A stretch of DNA of 64,000 bases, taken from NCBI GenBank assembly GCA_037142555.1, contig JBAXAJ010000001.1, positions 14,835 through 78,834 on the forward strand, written 5' to 3'. This document shows, piece by piece, positions 19,819 to 29,734 of the stretch; the first letter of the stretch is position 1; each line of letters opens with the position of its first letter. The notes under the pieces were generated by a model. That model was not told where the DNA came from, made no database searches, and worked only from the letters and a program-made list of their open reading frames with translations. This DNA is from Candidatus Shapirobacteria bacterium (GTDB taxonomy: Bacteria; Patescibacteriota; Microgenomatia; UBA12405). The position numbers and the translations under genes were made by a program.

Positions 19819-20571
19819 CTAATTTTTCTTAGCTAAAATTGCCATAAACATTGGGAATTCTTTTCTAGCCTTATTTTCCATCTCTGCAGCTCCACCAGTG
19901 CTGATTTTGTCAGAAACCCATTCTTCAATTTTTTCAATCATAAAACCATTATCAAAAAGCATCTCAGAATAAGCCGAAATTGGGTAATGGAAAGACCAAG
20001 TTTCTTCAGATTTTTCTCCTTTACCTGGGTTTGTCAAAATTGGAATTTCAATTGGCTTCATATATTTGTCAACTCTTCGATATTGAACTTTTTGAGATTG
20101 ATCAATTTCCCAATGACAAAATTTTGGAATTCTAAAAGCTGGATGATTTAAAATAATCAAAAGTTTACCGCCACTTTTTAAATGATCCTTAGCATTTCTG
20201 ACCACTCCAAAAGCTTTTCTAATATTTTGCAGGGCCAAAATTATAGCTGCATGAGAAAAATCTTTTTTATCAATTGGCAAAACTTTACTCACATCAGCCA
20301 CTCCAAAGATATGTTTTGCTTTATTGCTTTTAAGTCGGGCTTCTTCAATTAAAGTAGGGGATAAATCAATTCCCACATAATCAATTTCTTCTCCAATTTG
20401 TCTCTCTAAAACTCCCTGTCCACAGGCTAAATCTAATAAAGAATTACCTTTTTCAAGTTTTAATAATCTCAAACTGTTTGGTAAAACTATTTTTTGATGA
20501 TAGTAATGGCCCTCATCCCCAACGATGTTCTTATACCACTTACCTGATTTTTCCCATGATGTGTCTTGCAT
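19819..20571 (-). CDS. Class I SAM-dependent methyltransferase
   Basis: Motif I LDLACGQGVLERQI. 250 aa. Confidence 0.7.
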   Translation of the reverse strand: MQDTSWEKSGKWYKNIVGDEGHYYHQKIVLPNSLRLLKLEKGNSLLDLACGQGVLERQIGEEIDYVGIDLSPTLIEEARLKSNKAKHIFGVADVSKVLPIDKKDFSHAAIILALQNIRKAFGVVRNAKDHLKSGGKLLIILNHPAFRIPKFCHWEIDQSQKVQYRRVDKYMKPIEIPILTNPGKGEKSEETWSFHYPISAYSEMLFDNGFMIEKIEEWVSDKISTGGAAEMENKARKEFPMFMAILAKKN

Positions 20572-20594
20572 AATTTCAGTAGTATACTAGAAAT

Positions 20595-21236
20595 ATGAAG
20601 TTTAATAAAATAAAAATAATTTTTCCTGTCTTTTTAATTTTAATTTCTTTTGTTCTAGCAACTTATTTTTACCAAATTTTCCCAGACACTCTAGCCACTC
20701 ACTGGGGAATCAATGGTGAAGTCAATGGTTATTCCAGTAAAGCTTTTGGACTATTTTTCATGCCTATTATGTCAGTTTTTCTATTAGCTTTATTTATTTT
20801 TCTACCTCATATTGATCCATACAAAAAGAATTTTTCTGAATTTAAAAAATATTTTGAAAATTTTGTTAATTTAATCTTAGGGTTTTTATTTTATATTTAT
20901 ATCTTAACTTTAGTTTGGAATTCTGGTCATCAAATCAACATTACCCAGCTAATAGCACCAGCTATTGGTGTAATTTTTTATTATGCTGGAGTTTTGATGC
21001 AACATGCCAAAAGAAATTGGTTTGTCGGCATTCGTACTCCTTGGACTATGTCTAGTGTTGTTGTCTGGGAAAAAACTCATGCCCTTGGTGCTAAATTATT
21101 CAAAATTGCTGGTCTCCTATCACTTTTTGGGATTATTTTGCCTCAATATTCACTATTTTTTATCATCATTCCTATTTTAGCTATTACTATTTTTATTTTT
21201 GTTTATTCTTATTGGGAATATAGAAAACTAGCCTAA
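20595..21236 (+). CDS. SdpI/YhfL-family membrane protein (DUF1648 + SdpI-like)
   Basis: HWGINGEVNGYSSKAFGLFFMPIM and RNWFVGIRTPWTMSS..VW motifs. 5-6 TM helices. Confidence 0.5.
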   Translation: MKFNKIKIIFPVFLILISFVLATYFYQIFPDTLATHWGINGEVNGYSSKAFGLFFMPIMSVFLLALFIFLPHIDPYKKNFSEFKKYFENFVNLILGFLFYIYILTLVWNSGHQINITQLIAPAIGVIFYYAGVLMQHAKRNWFVGIRTPWTMSSVVVWEKTHALGAKLFKIAGLLSLFGIILPQYSLFFIIIPILAITIFIFVYSYWEYRKLA

Positions 21237-21274
21237 ATATAGGATTAATAACCAATTTAGGATATAATATCGAA

Positions 21275-22033
21275 GTGATTATTATAAAAACACCGCAACA
21301 AATTGAAGGCATTCGAAAATCGTCCAAACTGGCCGCGGCAACTTTAAATTATATTTCTAAATTCGTCAAAGCCGGAGTCTCTACTGAAAAATTAAATCAA
21401 CTTGCTCACAAATTCATAATTGATAATGATGCCATTCCAGGCCCTTTAAACTACAGTGGTTTCCCAAAAAGCATTTGCACTTCAATTAATAATGTTGTTT
21501 GTCATGGAATTCCATCAGAACAACAAATTCTTAAAGAAGGGGACATCATTAATCTCGATGTCACCACTATTTTAGACGCTTTTTACGGCGACACCTCAGC
21601 CACTTTCCCAGTTGGTGAAATAAGTCCTGAAGCCAAAAAACTAATTGAAACTACTAAAAAAGCACTTGATATGTCAATAAAATCCCTAAAACCAGGGAAA
21701 TATCTAAACGATTGTGTTGGTAAGATTATTCAACCTTTTGTCGAAAAAGAAGGCTACAGTGTGGTCCGAGAACTTGGTGGCCATGGTATTGGACTTAAAT
21801 TTCATGAAGATCCTTTTGTTTTTCATTTCGACAGTAATCAAGAAAAAGTTCTTCTAAAAGAAGGCATGATTTTCACTATTGAACCAATGATCAACATTTC
21901 CTCTAATCCAGAAATAAATCTGGACAAAAAAGATGGCTGGACAATCAGAACCTTTGATGGCTCATTATCAGCCCAATTTGAACATACTATTTTAATTACT
22001 AAGACCAGTTATGAGATACTAACTAAACTATGA
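21275..22033 (+). CDS. map: Methionine aminopeptidase type I
   Basis: MIIIKTPQQIEGIRKSSKLAA. Metal ligand pattern of the M24A family. GTG start. Confidence 0.9.
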   Translation: MIIIKTPQQIEGIRKSSKLAAATLNYISKFVKAGVSTEKLNQLAHKFIIDNDAIPGPLNYSGFPKSICTSINNVVCHGIPSEQQILKEGDIINLDVTTILDAFYGDTSATFPVGEISPEAKKLIETTKKALDMSIKSLKPGKYLNDCVGKIIQPFVEKEGYSVVRELGGHGIGLKFHEDPFVFHFDSNQEKVLLKEGMIFTIEPMINISSNPEINLDKKDGWTIRTFDGSLSAQFEHTILITKTSYEILTKL

Positions 22034-22893
22034 TTATTTTAGATGGCAAAAATACAGCTCAAAAAATTGTTAATAATCTAAAAATTGAATTGGAGAAATA
22101 CCCATCAAAACCTCGATTAGACATAATCTTAGTGGGGGATGACCCAGCTAGTCTTCAATATGATGAAATGAAGCAACGAAAAGCCGCTGAAATCGGAATT
22201 AACGGTGAAATTCATCACTTAGCTCAAGATTCAACAACCACCCAAGTTATATCTCTAGTTGAAAGATTAAACAATGACAATCAAGTCACTGCTTTTATGA
22301 TTCAACTTCCACTTCCACCCCAAATTGACACTTCAATAGTATTAAACACTATTGACCCAAAAAAGGATGCTGATGGTTTAACTTCCACTAATCTAGGTCT
22401 GCTCTTCCAAAAAAAACCAGAAGCCATTGCTTCTGCCACTCCACTCGGTGTCGTAAAACTATTAGAAGAATATAATATTGATGTTAGCGGTAAAAATACG
22501 GTAATTATTGGTCGAAGCCATTTCATTGGCTTGCCACTTTTGGCCCTACTATTAGGCAAAAATTCCACTGTAACTATTTGTCACAGCTACACAAAAGATC
22601 TGCAAAACATTTGTAAAAATGCTGACATTTTAATCACTTCTGCTGGAAAATCAAAATTAATTACCAAAGATTTTGTTAAAAATGGAGCCATTGTCATTGA
22701 CGTTGGTCTAAGTTCCGATCTAGAAAGTGGCAAATTAGTTGGTGATGTTGACTTTGAAGCAGTTTCCCAAGTTGCTAGTTTCATCACTCCAGTTCCAGGT
22801 GGTGTTGGCCCTATGACCATCGCTGCTTTAATTTCAAACACTGTTGAAATTTTTAAAAAAAATAATATTACTACAACAAAATATGAACAATAA
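22030..22893 (+). CDS. folD: Bifunctional methylenetetrahydrofolate dehydrogenase/cyclohydrolase
   Basis: MIILDGKNTAQKI. GRSHFIGLP. PVPGGVGPMTIA. Its start overlaps the map TGA stop (ATGA). Confidence 0.9.
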   Translation: MIILDGKNTAQKIVNNLKIELEKYPSKPRLDIILVGDDPASLQYDEMKQRKAAEIGINGEIHHLAQDSTTTQVISLVERLNNDNQVTAFMIQLPLPPQIDTSIVLNTIDPKKDADGLTSTNLGLLFQKKPEAIASATPLGVVKLLEEYNIDVSGKNTVIIGRSHFIGLPLLALLLGKNSTVTICHSYTKDLQNICKNADILITSAGKSKLITKDFVKNGAIVIDVGLSSDLESGKLVGDVDFEAVSQVASFITPVPGGVGPMTIAALISNTVEIFKKNNITTTKYEQ

Positions 22894-23020
22894 CTTTAGA
22901 ATTAAATGGGTTTTAAAAGTAATTATAACTTTTATGTTTTTTATGATTATATTTATGTTTTTATTAATTATTTCAAACTCTCTTTTTGGACAATGGTTAT
23001 TTAAATTATAAATAATAAAT

Positions 23021-23401
23021 ATGAAGAAAAAAATATTAATTAGTTTTTTATTTATTTTTATTTTTAATTTATTTATATTTTTAATACCGGTTATCCCTCA
23101 AAAATATTTTTCTACCGGAATTTTGAGAATTGGATTTTATTCAAGTATTTTGTTTGTTTTAATAATAACTATTAAATTTTTGTTTGTGGATTATAGTGAT
23201 GATATTAAAAAAAATTGGTTTGGGGAAATATTTACCAAAGTAGGATTGATATTTTTATTTTTTTTACCATCTTTAATTGATACCTATCAAAAGGATATAA
23301 ATGGGATAGGGATGGCTTTATTAATCCTTTTTATAATAATTTTTTTATTCATTACAATTTTGATAACTAGTTTAAAAATAATTTTCAAAAAAGACAATTA
23401 A
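23021..23401 (+). CDS. Hypothetical small membrane protein in a very AT-rich segment
   Basis: 126 aa with 3-4 predicted TM helices. It is preceded by a 127-nt AT-rich spacer. Confidence 0.4.
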   Translation: MKKKILISFLFIFIFNLFIFLIPVIPQKYFSTGILRIGFYSSILFVLIITIKFLFVDYSDDIKKNWFGEIFTKVGLIFLFFLPSLIDTYQKDINGIGMALLILFIIIFLFITILITSLKIIFKKDN

Positions 23402-23563
23402 ATTGCTATAATAGGCCATGTCAGAAATACCTCAAAAAATTAAAGAAATTAACCAACAATTAAATAATAATAGAGAAATATTTGAGCCAATTGAAGGGAT
23501 AGATGTCGAGACTTTAGATGAATTCATCCCTAGAGAAGGTGAAAATAAGGATATTAAATAAAT

Positions 23564-23806
23564 ATGAAAATCCAACTTTATGATCGAGGTAGTCCGCAAG
23601 GAAAACAATTATTTGCCAACATTGAATCCATCTGCAAACGTCTCCAAATTGATTACGATCCAGAATATGTCAAAGATATGAACCGAGTCTATTCTATGGG
23701 CATCCAAGGTTCTAGTGTCTTAATGATCGACAACGAAATCGCTCTAGTTGACAAATACCCATCTCTAAAAGATCTTGAAACCATTATTTCAGATTACTTA
23801 AAATAA
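23564..23806 (+). CDS. Thioredoxin-fold (Thioredoxin_3 / MTH895-like) small protein lacking the CxxC motif
   Basis: 80 aa. It aligns to small redox-active thioredoxin-like proteins (MKIxV.G.GCPxC...), but the CxxC position reads SPQG. Confidence 0.5.
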   Translation: MKIQLYDRGSPQGKQLFANIESICKRLQIDYDPEYVKDMNRVYSMGIQGSSVLMIDNEIALVDKYPSLKDLETIISDYLK

Positions 23807-23811
23807 ATATT

Positions 23812-24024
23812 ATGATCAAAAACATTAGAAAATATTTATCAAAAAGAAAAAATTTAAGAATTATTATAGATTTCTTAGGGGCTATTGCTATTTGGTGGGG
23901 TATTTGGGGAATTTTAGATCTTTTTGTTTTCCCTGAAAATCAACTATTAAGCTACATTGTTTCAATTGTCTTTGGTTTTATTTTATTAATAATCGATGGC
24001 AACGGTCTAGACGAACTTAAATAG
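23812..24024 (+). CDS. Hypothetical small membrane protein
   Basis: 70 aa. Basic N-terminus followed by two TM helices. It overlaps the tatD 3' end by 18 nt in convergent orientation. Confidence 0.3.
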   Translation: MIKNIRKYLSKRKNLRIIIDFLGAIAIWWGIWGILDLFVFPENQLLSYIVSIVFGFILLIIDGNGLDELK

Positions 24025-24795
24025 TCGCTTCGCATTTTCGTCGATAATCTTTTCTGTTTCTTCAAAACTTTTGCCCCAAATTCCCGCCACTTTTTTATAA
24101 ATATATTTCACATTTATTGGATTATTCTCCTGTCCTCGAAATGGTTCTGGTGTCAGGTAAGGGGAATCAGTTTCTAGTATTAATCTATCTTTAGGAATAT
24201 TTTTAATAACTTCAATAAGTCCATCTTCATAAGTTAAATTTCCATCAATTCCAAAATACCAATTTTCACCTAAATCCAAAATTTTTTGGATTCTTTTTTT
24301 ACCACCAGCATAACAATGGAAAACTCCACTTAAATTTTTATATTCTTTTAAAATCTCAATAGTTTCATCAACTGCTTTTCTAGCATGAATAATTAAAGGT
24401 AATTTATATTTCAAAGCTATCTCAATTTGACCCTTGAATAATATTTCTTGTTCTTTTTTATCCCTATCTTTTTCGCCCGGAGGCGCAGGGGAGTAATCCA
24501 GCCCACATTCACCAACAGCCACAACTATATCACTATTATTTTTAGCCAAACTATCCAATAAATTTATCTGTTCGTCTAAAGACATTTTAATATCCGGATC
24601 AGTATCTTGAGGGTGGATTCCAATCGCAGCAAAAAGGATTCCTTTATTTTCCTTAACTAACTCAATATTTTCTTTTGAATCTTCAATATTTGACGCCGCC
24701 AAAACAACTTTCATTTTTTCTTCTTTTATTTTTCCAATTGATCCTTGGACAGTGTCGCAAAATGTTTTAGACAAATGAGCATGTGTATCAATCAT
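24007..24795 (-). CDS. tatD: TatD-family metal-dependent hydrolase (DNase)
   Basis: N-terminal MIDTHAHL. GIHPQD. FHCYAG. Confidence 0.85.
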   Translation of the reverse strand: MIDTHAHLSKTFCDTVQGSIGKIKEEKMKVVLAASNIEDSKENIELVKENKGILFAAIGIHPQDTDPDIKMSLDEQINLLDSLAKNNSDIVVAVGECGLDYSPAPPGEKDRDKKEQEILFKGQIEIALKYKLPLIIHARKAVDETIEILKEYKNLSGVFHCYAGGKKRIQKILDLGENWYFGIDGNLTYEDGLIEVIKNIPKDRLILETDSPYLTPEPFRGQENNPINVKYIYKKVAGIWGKSFEETEKIIDENAKRLFKFV

Positions 24796-24796
24796 C

Positions 24797-26203
24797 TTAT
24801 TTTATTCTTGGAAATAAAGATTCATTCAAAGCTTTAACTTCATTTTCGAAACAATTTTCAATTTTTTTAGCCACTTCTGGCATCACAATTTGCAAATGGA
24901 AGGCAGCTTGTCGGATATTACTGATACATTCATTTAAAACAGCAATTCTTTTTGGATCATCTTTTTCTAATTTCCATGGACTACTTTGATTTAGTTTTAA
25001 ATTTGAAATATCAACCCATTTATCAAAAACCAATTGGAAAGCCTCATCTAATTTCAAATCATTAATCAATTTTCCAAACTCGCTATCAAATTCATATTTT
25101 TCGTCTAAAACTTTTTGACCTTCAGCCAATTTGGCTACTCTTGAAACTAAATTTCCAAAATTATTAGCTAAATCAGCATTATATTTTTCTTTAAATCTAG
25201 TGGTTCCAACATCAGAATCATTATCAGATGGGAAAGATCGAGCAATTAGATATTTACTTCCTTCAACTCCAAAAAGGTCAACTAGTTGTTGTGGTGAAAT
25301 AACATTTCCTAATGATTTAGACATTTTTTGTCCATCAATCATATAAAAACTATGAGTGTAAGTTTTTTTAGGTAATTCAATTTTTGCTGATAATAAAATT
25401 GCTTGCCAAATGACAGTGTGAAACCACAAAATTTCTTTTCCTAATAAATGCAAATCAGCTGGCCAAAAATCTTTTTTACCTTCAACAAATTGAGTCGCAC
25501 TATAATAGTTTATTAAAGCATCAATCCAAACATAAACAGTTTGTTTAGAATCCCAAGGAGTCACAATTCCCCATTCAACATTTTCTCGAGAGATTGAAAC
25601 ATCTCGAACCCCAGCCTTAAGTTTAGCCAATATTTCTAATCTTTTGCCTTCTGGGAATATATAATTACTTTCTTTATTTTCAATTAATTTAATAATCTCT
25701 GGGACATATTTACTCAATTTAAAAAACCAATTTTCTTCACTTTTGGAAACAGTTTTTTCTGGTGGGTGAAGGGCACAATGATTATCTTCTAATTCCGCTT
25801 CATTCAAAAATTTTTCACAACCAATGCAATATAAACCCTCATATTTATCTTTATAAACATCTCCATTGTCATAAATTTTTTGCAAAATTTCACTGACAAC
25901 TTTTTCGTGTTTTGGATCAGTAGTCCTGATAAAAAAATCAAAACTAATATCTAATTTTTCCCAAGCTTCTTTAAATCTTGGTGAAATCTTATCGCAATAT
26001 TCCTTAACTTCGAGTCCTTCTTCTTCAGCACTTTCAGCCACTTTTTGTCCATGTTCATCAGTTCCAGTTAAAAAGAAAACGTCTTCCCTTTTCGCTCGAT
26101 GGAGTCGGGCCACAATATCAGCCGCCACAGTAGTGCAGGTGTGTCCAATATGAGGCACATCGTTGATGTAATATATGGGAGTCGTTATAAAGAACTTGTC
26201 CAT
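24797..26203 (-). CDS. metG: Methionyl-tRNA synthetase, short form without the C-terminal tRNA-binding extension
   Basis: HIGH motif PHIGH. KMSKS motif KMSKSLGN. Zinc knuckle CIGCEKF...C. Confidence 0.9.
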   Translation of the reverse strand: MDKFFITTPIYYINDVPHIGHTCTTVAADIVARLHRAKREDVFFLTGTDEHGQKVAESAEEEGLEVKEYCDKISPRFKEAWEKLDISFDFFIRTTDPKHEKVVSEILQKIYDNGDVYKDKYEGLYCIGCEKFLNEAELEDNHCALHPPEKTVSKSEENWFFKLSKYVPEIIKLIENKESNYIFPEGKRLEILAKLKAGVRDVSISRENVEWGIVTPWDSKQTVYVWIDALINYYSATQFVEGKKDFWPADLHLLGKEILWFHTVIWQAILLSAKIELPKKTYTHSFYMIDGQKMSKSLGNVISPQQLVDLFGVEGSKYLIARSFPSDNDSDVGTTRFKEKYNADLANNFGNLVSRVAKLAEGQKVLDEKYEFDSEFGKLINDLKLDEAFQLVFDKWVDISNLKLNQSSPWKLEKDDPKRIAVLNECISNIRQAAFHLQIVMPEVAKKIENCFENEVKALNESLFPRIK

Positions 26204-26206
26204 TCC

Positions 26207-26545
26207 TTATTTTACCATTTTACTATTAGCTTTTTTGATTGCTTTTTTAGTATTTTTCTTAGCGACTTTCTTAACTGTTTTCTTTTTAGTGTCAACTACC
26301 TTAGCTAAACCAGACTTAGCTGATCTAGAAAATTTAGCTTTTAATCTAGAAACCTTGTTAGGATGATAAATATTATTTTTAATTGCTTTATCTAAAACAG
26401 AATAAACATCTTTCAAAGCACTTTCAGTTGGTTTTGCTGAAAACTTTTTAAGGATTGCTTTAAGCTTAATTTTAAACGAAACATTCACCTTATTATTTTT
26501 TAAGGCTTTTCTTAGTGATTTTTTTGCGGATTGACTGATTGGCAT
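26207..26545 (-). CDS. rpsT: 30S ribosomal protein S20 with a Lys-rich C-terminal extension
   Basis: MPISQSAKKSLRKALKNNKVN... pattern of S20. The track ORF begins 3 codons earlier (MLIM). Confidence 0.7.
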   Translation of the reverse strand: MPISQSAKKSLRKALKNNKVNVSFKIKLKAILKKFSAKPTESALKDVYSVLDKAIKNNIYHPNKVSRLKAKFSRSAKSGLAKVVDTKKKTVKKVAKKNTKKAIKKANSKMVK

Positions 26546-26604
26546 GATAAGCATTTTAACTTATATCCTAACTATTTACAATAATTTATTATAAAATCAT
26601 AATC

Positions 26605-28227
26605 ATGAGCTCTTTTCTTCTCGAAAAAATAAAAAATTTTACCCAAAGAAAGCAGAGTACCATCCTCTCAGCTTCGCTAGTTTTAGCGGTAACTTTTGGG
26701 ATTTCTGCTCTTCTAGGCTTTTTAAGAAGCCGATTTTTATACGCTCACTTTTTTAATTGTTGTGTTGCCGATCTTGATGTTTATAATGCTGCTTTTCGTC
26801 TTCCTGATCTAATTTTCAAACTTTTAGTCACTGGTGCTCTCTCAGCTTCTTTCATTCCAGTCTATTCTTCTTATCTTCATAAAAACAAAAAAACTGCTGA
26901 CAGAATGGCTTCAAGTGTCATTAATCTTCTTTTAATCATTTTTTCTGTTGCTTCAATCATCGTCATAATTTTTGCTCACCCACTTTCCCAATTTATTGCC
27001 CATGGTTTCACCCCATCACAAGTTGATTTAATGGCTAATTTAACCAGAATTCTTTTAATAGCCCAAATATTTTTCCTAGTTAGTAACTTTTTAACCGGGA
27101 TTCTTCAAGTTAATCAAATATTTATAGTTTCAGCCATTTCACCTATTGTTTACAATATTTTTATAATTCTTGGTATTTTCACTCTAGCTCCAATTTTTGG
27201 AATCTATGGAGTTGTCTATGGTGCAGTAGTTGGTGCCTTTTTCCATTTAGCTATTCAAATTCCATCTATTCGTCGTCAGGGATTTAAATTTTCCTTCATT
27301 ATTAAAACAAAACTAAAAGGAGTTAGAGAAGTTTTCAAATTAATGGTTCCTCGAAGTTTAGCCCTAGGACTAGGTGAAATTGAAAATACTGTCACTCTAT
27401 TTTTTGCCACCACTCTTGCCGCTGGGTCTCTTTCTTTACTTAATCTAGCTGTCCAATTTATGTATTTGCCAAGTCGTATTTTTGGCACCACTATTGGACA
27501 AGCATCTTTACCAATTTTATCGAGTAATATCGCTAAAAACGAACTAGAATCTTTCAAAAAAACTGTCAGTAAAATTATTCTTCAAAGTCTTTATATTGCT
27601 CTTCCTATAACTGTTTTAATTCTAGTCAATCGTCTAGCTATTGTTCGTATCCTTTTTGGTTCTAAAGAATTTCCTTGGGCTGCTACCTTATTAACCGCCA
27701 AAATTTTAGCTTATTTAACTCCAGCCATCGCTTGTCAGGCAGTAATTCAAATTCTAATTCGTGCTTTCTATGCTCTTCATAACACTAAAACTCCATTCAA
27801 AATTTCCTTTATATCTCTTTTTGCGACTGTTGCCACCAGCTATTACTTCATAAATTTCACTAATCTAGGAGTTGTTAGTTTAGCCATTAGTGCTTCAATA
27901 GGTAATTTAGTCCAAATGTTTGGTCTTCTATATTTATTTATTAAAACCGTCCATGGTTTTGACTGGGCCCAAATGTTCAGTAAATTTAATCGAATTTTTC
28001 TTTCTACTTTAATTATGGGTTTTGTTTCTTGGCTAAGCATCAGATTTTTTGATCTTTTTATCCTAGATACCACCAAAACTATTTATCTTATGATTCTTTT
28101 TATTCTTTCCAGTTTAATCGGAATCATAACCTACATTGCCTCATCAAAGCTTCTAAATGTTGACGAATATAAAGATTATTTAAAGTACGGTGTTAAGATA
28201 AAAAACTTTTTCAACAAAAAGAAATAA
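26605..28227 (+). CDS. murJ: Lipid II flippase MurJ (MviN)
   Basis: 540 aa with ~14 TM helices. AFRLPDLIFKLLVTGALSASFIPVYS motif. Confidence 0.85.
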   Translation: MSSFLLEKIKNFTQRKQSTILSASLVLAVTFGISALLGFLRSRFLYAHFFNCCVADLDVYNAAFRLPDLIFKLLVTGALSASFIPVYSSYLHKNKKTADRMASSVINLLLIIFSVASIIVIIFAHPLSQFIAHGFTPSQVDLMANLTRILLIAQIFFLVSNFLTGILQVNQIFIVSAISPIVYNIFIILGIFTLAPIFGIYGVVYGAVVGAFFHLAIQIPSIRRQGFKFSFIIKTKLKGVREVFKLMVPRSLALGLGEIENTVTLFFATTLAAGSLSLLNLAVQFMYLPSRIFGTTIGQASLPILSSNIAKNELESFKKTVSKIILQSLYIALPITVLILVNRLAIVRILFGSKEFPWAATLLTAKILAYLTPAIACQAVIQILIRAFYALHNTKTPFKISFISLFATVATSYYFINFTNLGVVSLAISASIGNLVQMFGLLYLFIKTVHGFDWAQMFSKFNRIFLSTLIMGFVSWLSIRFFDLFILDTTKTIYLMILFILSSLIGIITYIASSKLLNVDEYKDYLKYGVKIKNFFNKKK

Positions 28228-28260
28228 AGATGTTCCAGATAGTGCTATTTTTTTTCTATA

Positions 28261-28291
28261 GATAGTCATATATACTGAATGTATGACTATC
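28261..28291. repeat. Perfect 10-bp inverted repeat GATAGTCATA-N11-TATGACTATC overlapping the start codon of the downstream gene
   Basis: 28261-28270 and 28282-28291 are exact reverse complements. The right arm contains the ATG at 28283. Candidate operator or start-sequestering hairpin. Confidence 0.5.
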
Positions 28292-28855
28292 AAAAAAGAG
28301 GTCTCTCTTTTGCCGGAATCAGAGAATCCTAATTCACTCAATTCCAGAGTAATCAAATGGCTCACGACTGTGGGTCGAGTAGTCATCATTTTTACCGAAC
28401 TAATCGTTGTCACTGCTTTTGCTTCTCGTTTTTGGTTAGACAGAAGAAATGCCGATTTATCTGAAATTATTCGTCAACAACAAGCAATTTTAAACACTAC
28501 TAAAGATTTTGAAAATCAATATTCTTTTCTTCAACAGAAACTAAAAATTATTAGAGATTTTTACAGCAATGACCCTGCTTATAACACTAAAATTACTTCT
28601 CTAATTTCCAGCACTCCAGATAACATTGTCTATGACAATTTATCTCTTTCTAAAGATGAAACTTTAAATAAAACCGTTGCCTCTATTTCTTTGACAGCTT
28701 ACAAAGAAGATTCCATCGTTGATTTCATAACTAATTTAATGCTTAATCCTGATATCCAAACCGTTAATATTAATAAAATTGAAAAAAAAGCTCAAGAAAA
28801 TAAATATTCAATCAATATTAGTTTAGTGTTCAAAACACCTACTCCAAAGACATGA
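28283..28855 (+). CDS. PilN-like type IV pilus / fimbrial assembly protein (tentative)
   Basis: 190 aa. N-terminal EVSLLPESEN resembles the PilN INLLP motif. It is followed by a single TM helix and an extracytoplasmic domain. Confidence 0.45.
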   Translation: MTIKKEVSLLPESENPNSLNSRVIKWLTTVGRVVIIFTELIVVTAFASRFWLDRRNADLSEIIRQQQAILNTTKDFENQYSFLQQKLKIIRDFYSNDPAYNTKITSLISSTPDNIVYDNLSLSKDETLNKTVASISLTAYKEDSIVDFITNLMLNPDIQTVNINKIEKKAQENKYSINISLVFKTPTPKT

Positions 28856-29487
28856 TCGAATTAAATTCATTCATCCAGATTCAGCAAATCTACAAATACG
28901 TCAGAAAACAAAGAGAAAACCAAAAGTTTTTAAAATATATTGAAATTGCTGCCACTTTTATTTTAATTTCTGTTTTCCTATTTCTTGCGATTAAACCGAC
29001 TGCCACTACAATTTTTTCACTTTTAGGAGACATCAAATCAAAAGAGCTACAAACTAAACAAATGAAAGCAAAAATTGTCAGCATTGTTGCCGCTCAAGAT
29101 TTATATTCTCAAGTCGAAGAAAAATATGATGTGATTGAATCAAGTCTTCCAGACAAACCAAAATATTATCAATCAGCTCTAAATTTTTCTTCTCTTTCTC
29201 AAAAATCAAACACTTCTCTTGACCAGGTAAACTTTAATTTAAGCACTGATGATAATAAAAAATTATCAACTAACATTGACAGTTATTCAGTCAACATAAT
29301 TAGTCAAAGCAACTATAATTCTGCTCTAGAGTTTATTAAAAATATTCTAAGCAACAGAAGACTAGTTGATCTAAAAACTATTCAATTATCAAAACCAGAT
29401 GACAAAATAAGCACTTCTTCAGGTAATCTTAAGCTAAACATTACTGCCAAATTATTTTATTTAAAAGATCAAAATGAAAAGAAATAA
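28852..29487 (+). CDS. PilO-like assembly protein (tentative)
   Basis: 211 aa. Short cytoplasmic N-terminus, one TM helix (IAATFILISVFLFLAI), a coiled-coil and a C-terminal domain. 4-nt overlap with the upstream gene. Confidence 0.4.
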   Translation: MIELNSFIQIQQIYKYVRKQRENQKFLKYIEIAATFILISVFLFLAIKPTATTIFSLLGDIKSKELQTKQMKAKIVSIVAAQDLYSQVEEKYDVIESSLPDKPKYYQSALNFSSLSQKSNTSLDQVNFNLSTDDNKKLSTNIDSYSVNIISQSNYNSALEFIKNILSNRRLVDLKTIQLSKPDDKISTSSGNLKLNITAKLFYLKDQNEKK

Positions 29488-29734
29488 TTTTTCCCTATAT
29501 TTTATATTTATTGCTTTCTTTTCTTTCTTAGCTATTTTTATATCAATTGTCCAAAATAGTTATAAAAATTTAGTTAAACCAGTCGATAAAATTAAAAGTG
29601 AAAAAATAGAACCCCTTAATCTTAATTTAGACACTGAAATTATTTCTCAGATAGAATCCAGAGAGGAAATTTTTGTTGCTCCAACTCCAGAACCAACAGT
29701 CGAACCATTATTAGAAGAAGTTGTCTCACCATGA
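29474..29734 (+). CDS. Small single-pass membrane protein with a Pro/Glu-rich C-terminus
   Basis: 86 aa. One TM helix, then APTPEPTVEPLLEE. Translationally coupled on both sides. Confidence 0.35.
   Translation: MKRNNFSLYFIFIAFFSFLAIFISIVQNSYKNLVKPVDKIKSEKIEPLNLNLDTEIISQIESREEIFVAPTPEPTVEPLLEEVVSP

Noticed and set aside
21237-22893. Possibility of UGA recoding (genetic code 25 or 4)
   Set aside because: TGA terminates map exactly where folD starts (ATGA), and terminates rarA at the HAD start. Protein lengths are consistent with TGA as a stop codon.
22903-23001. 32-codon Tyr/Phe-rich ORF (MGFKSNYNFYVFYDYIYVFINYF...) in the AT-rich spacer
   Set aside because: The composition is driven by an A/T-only sequence. 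No RBS and no conservation basis.
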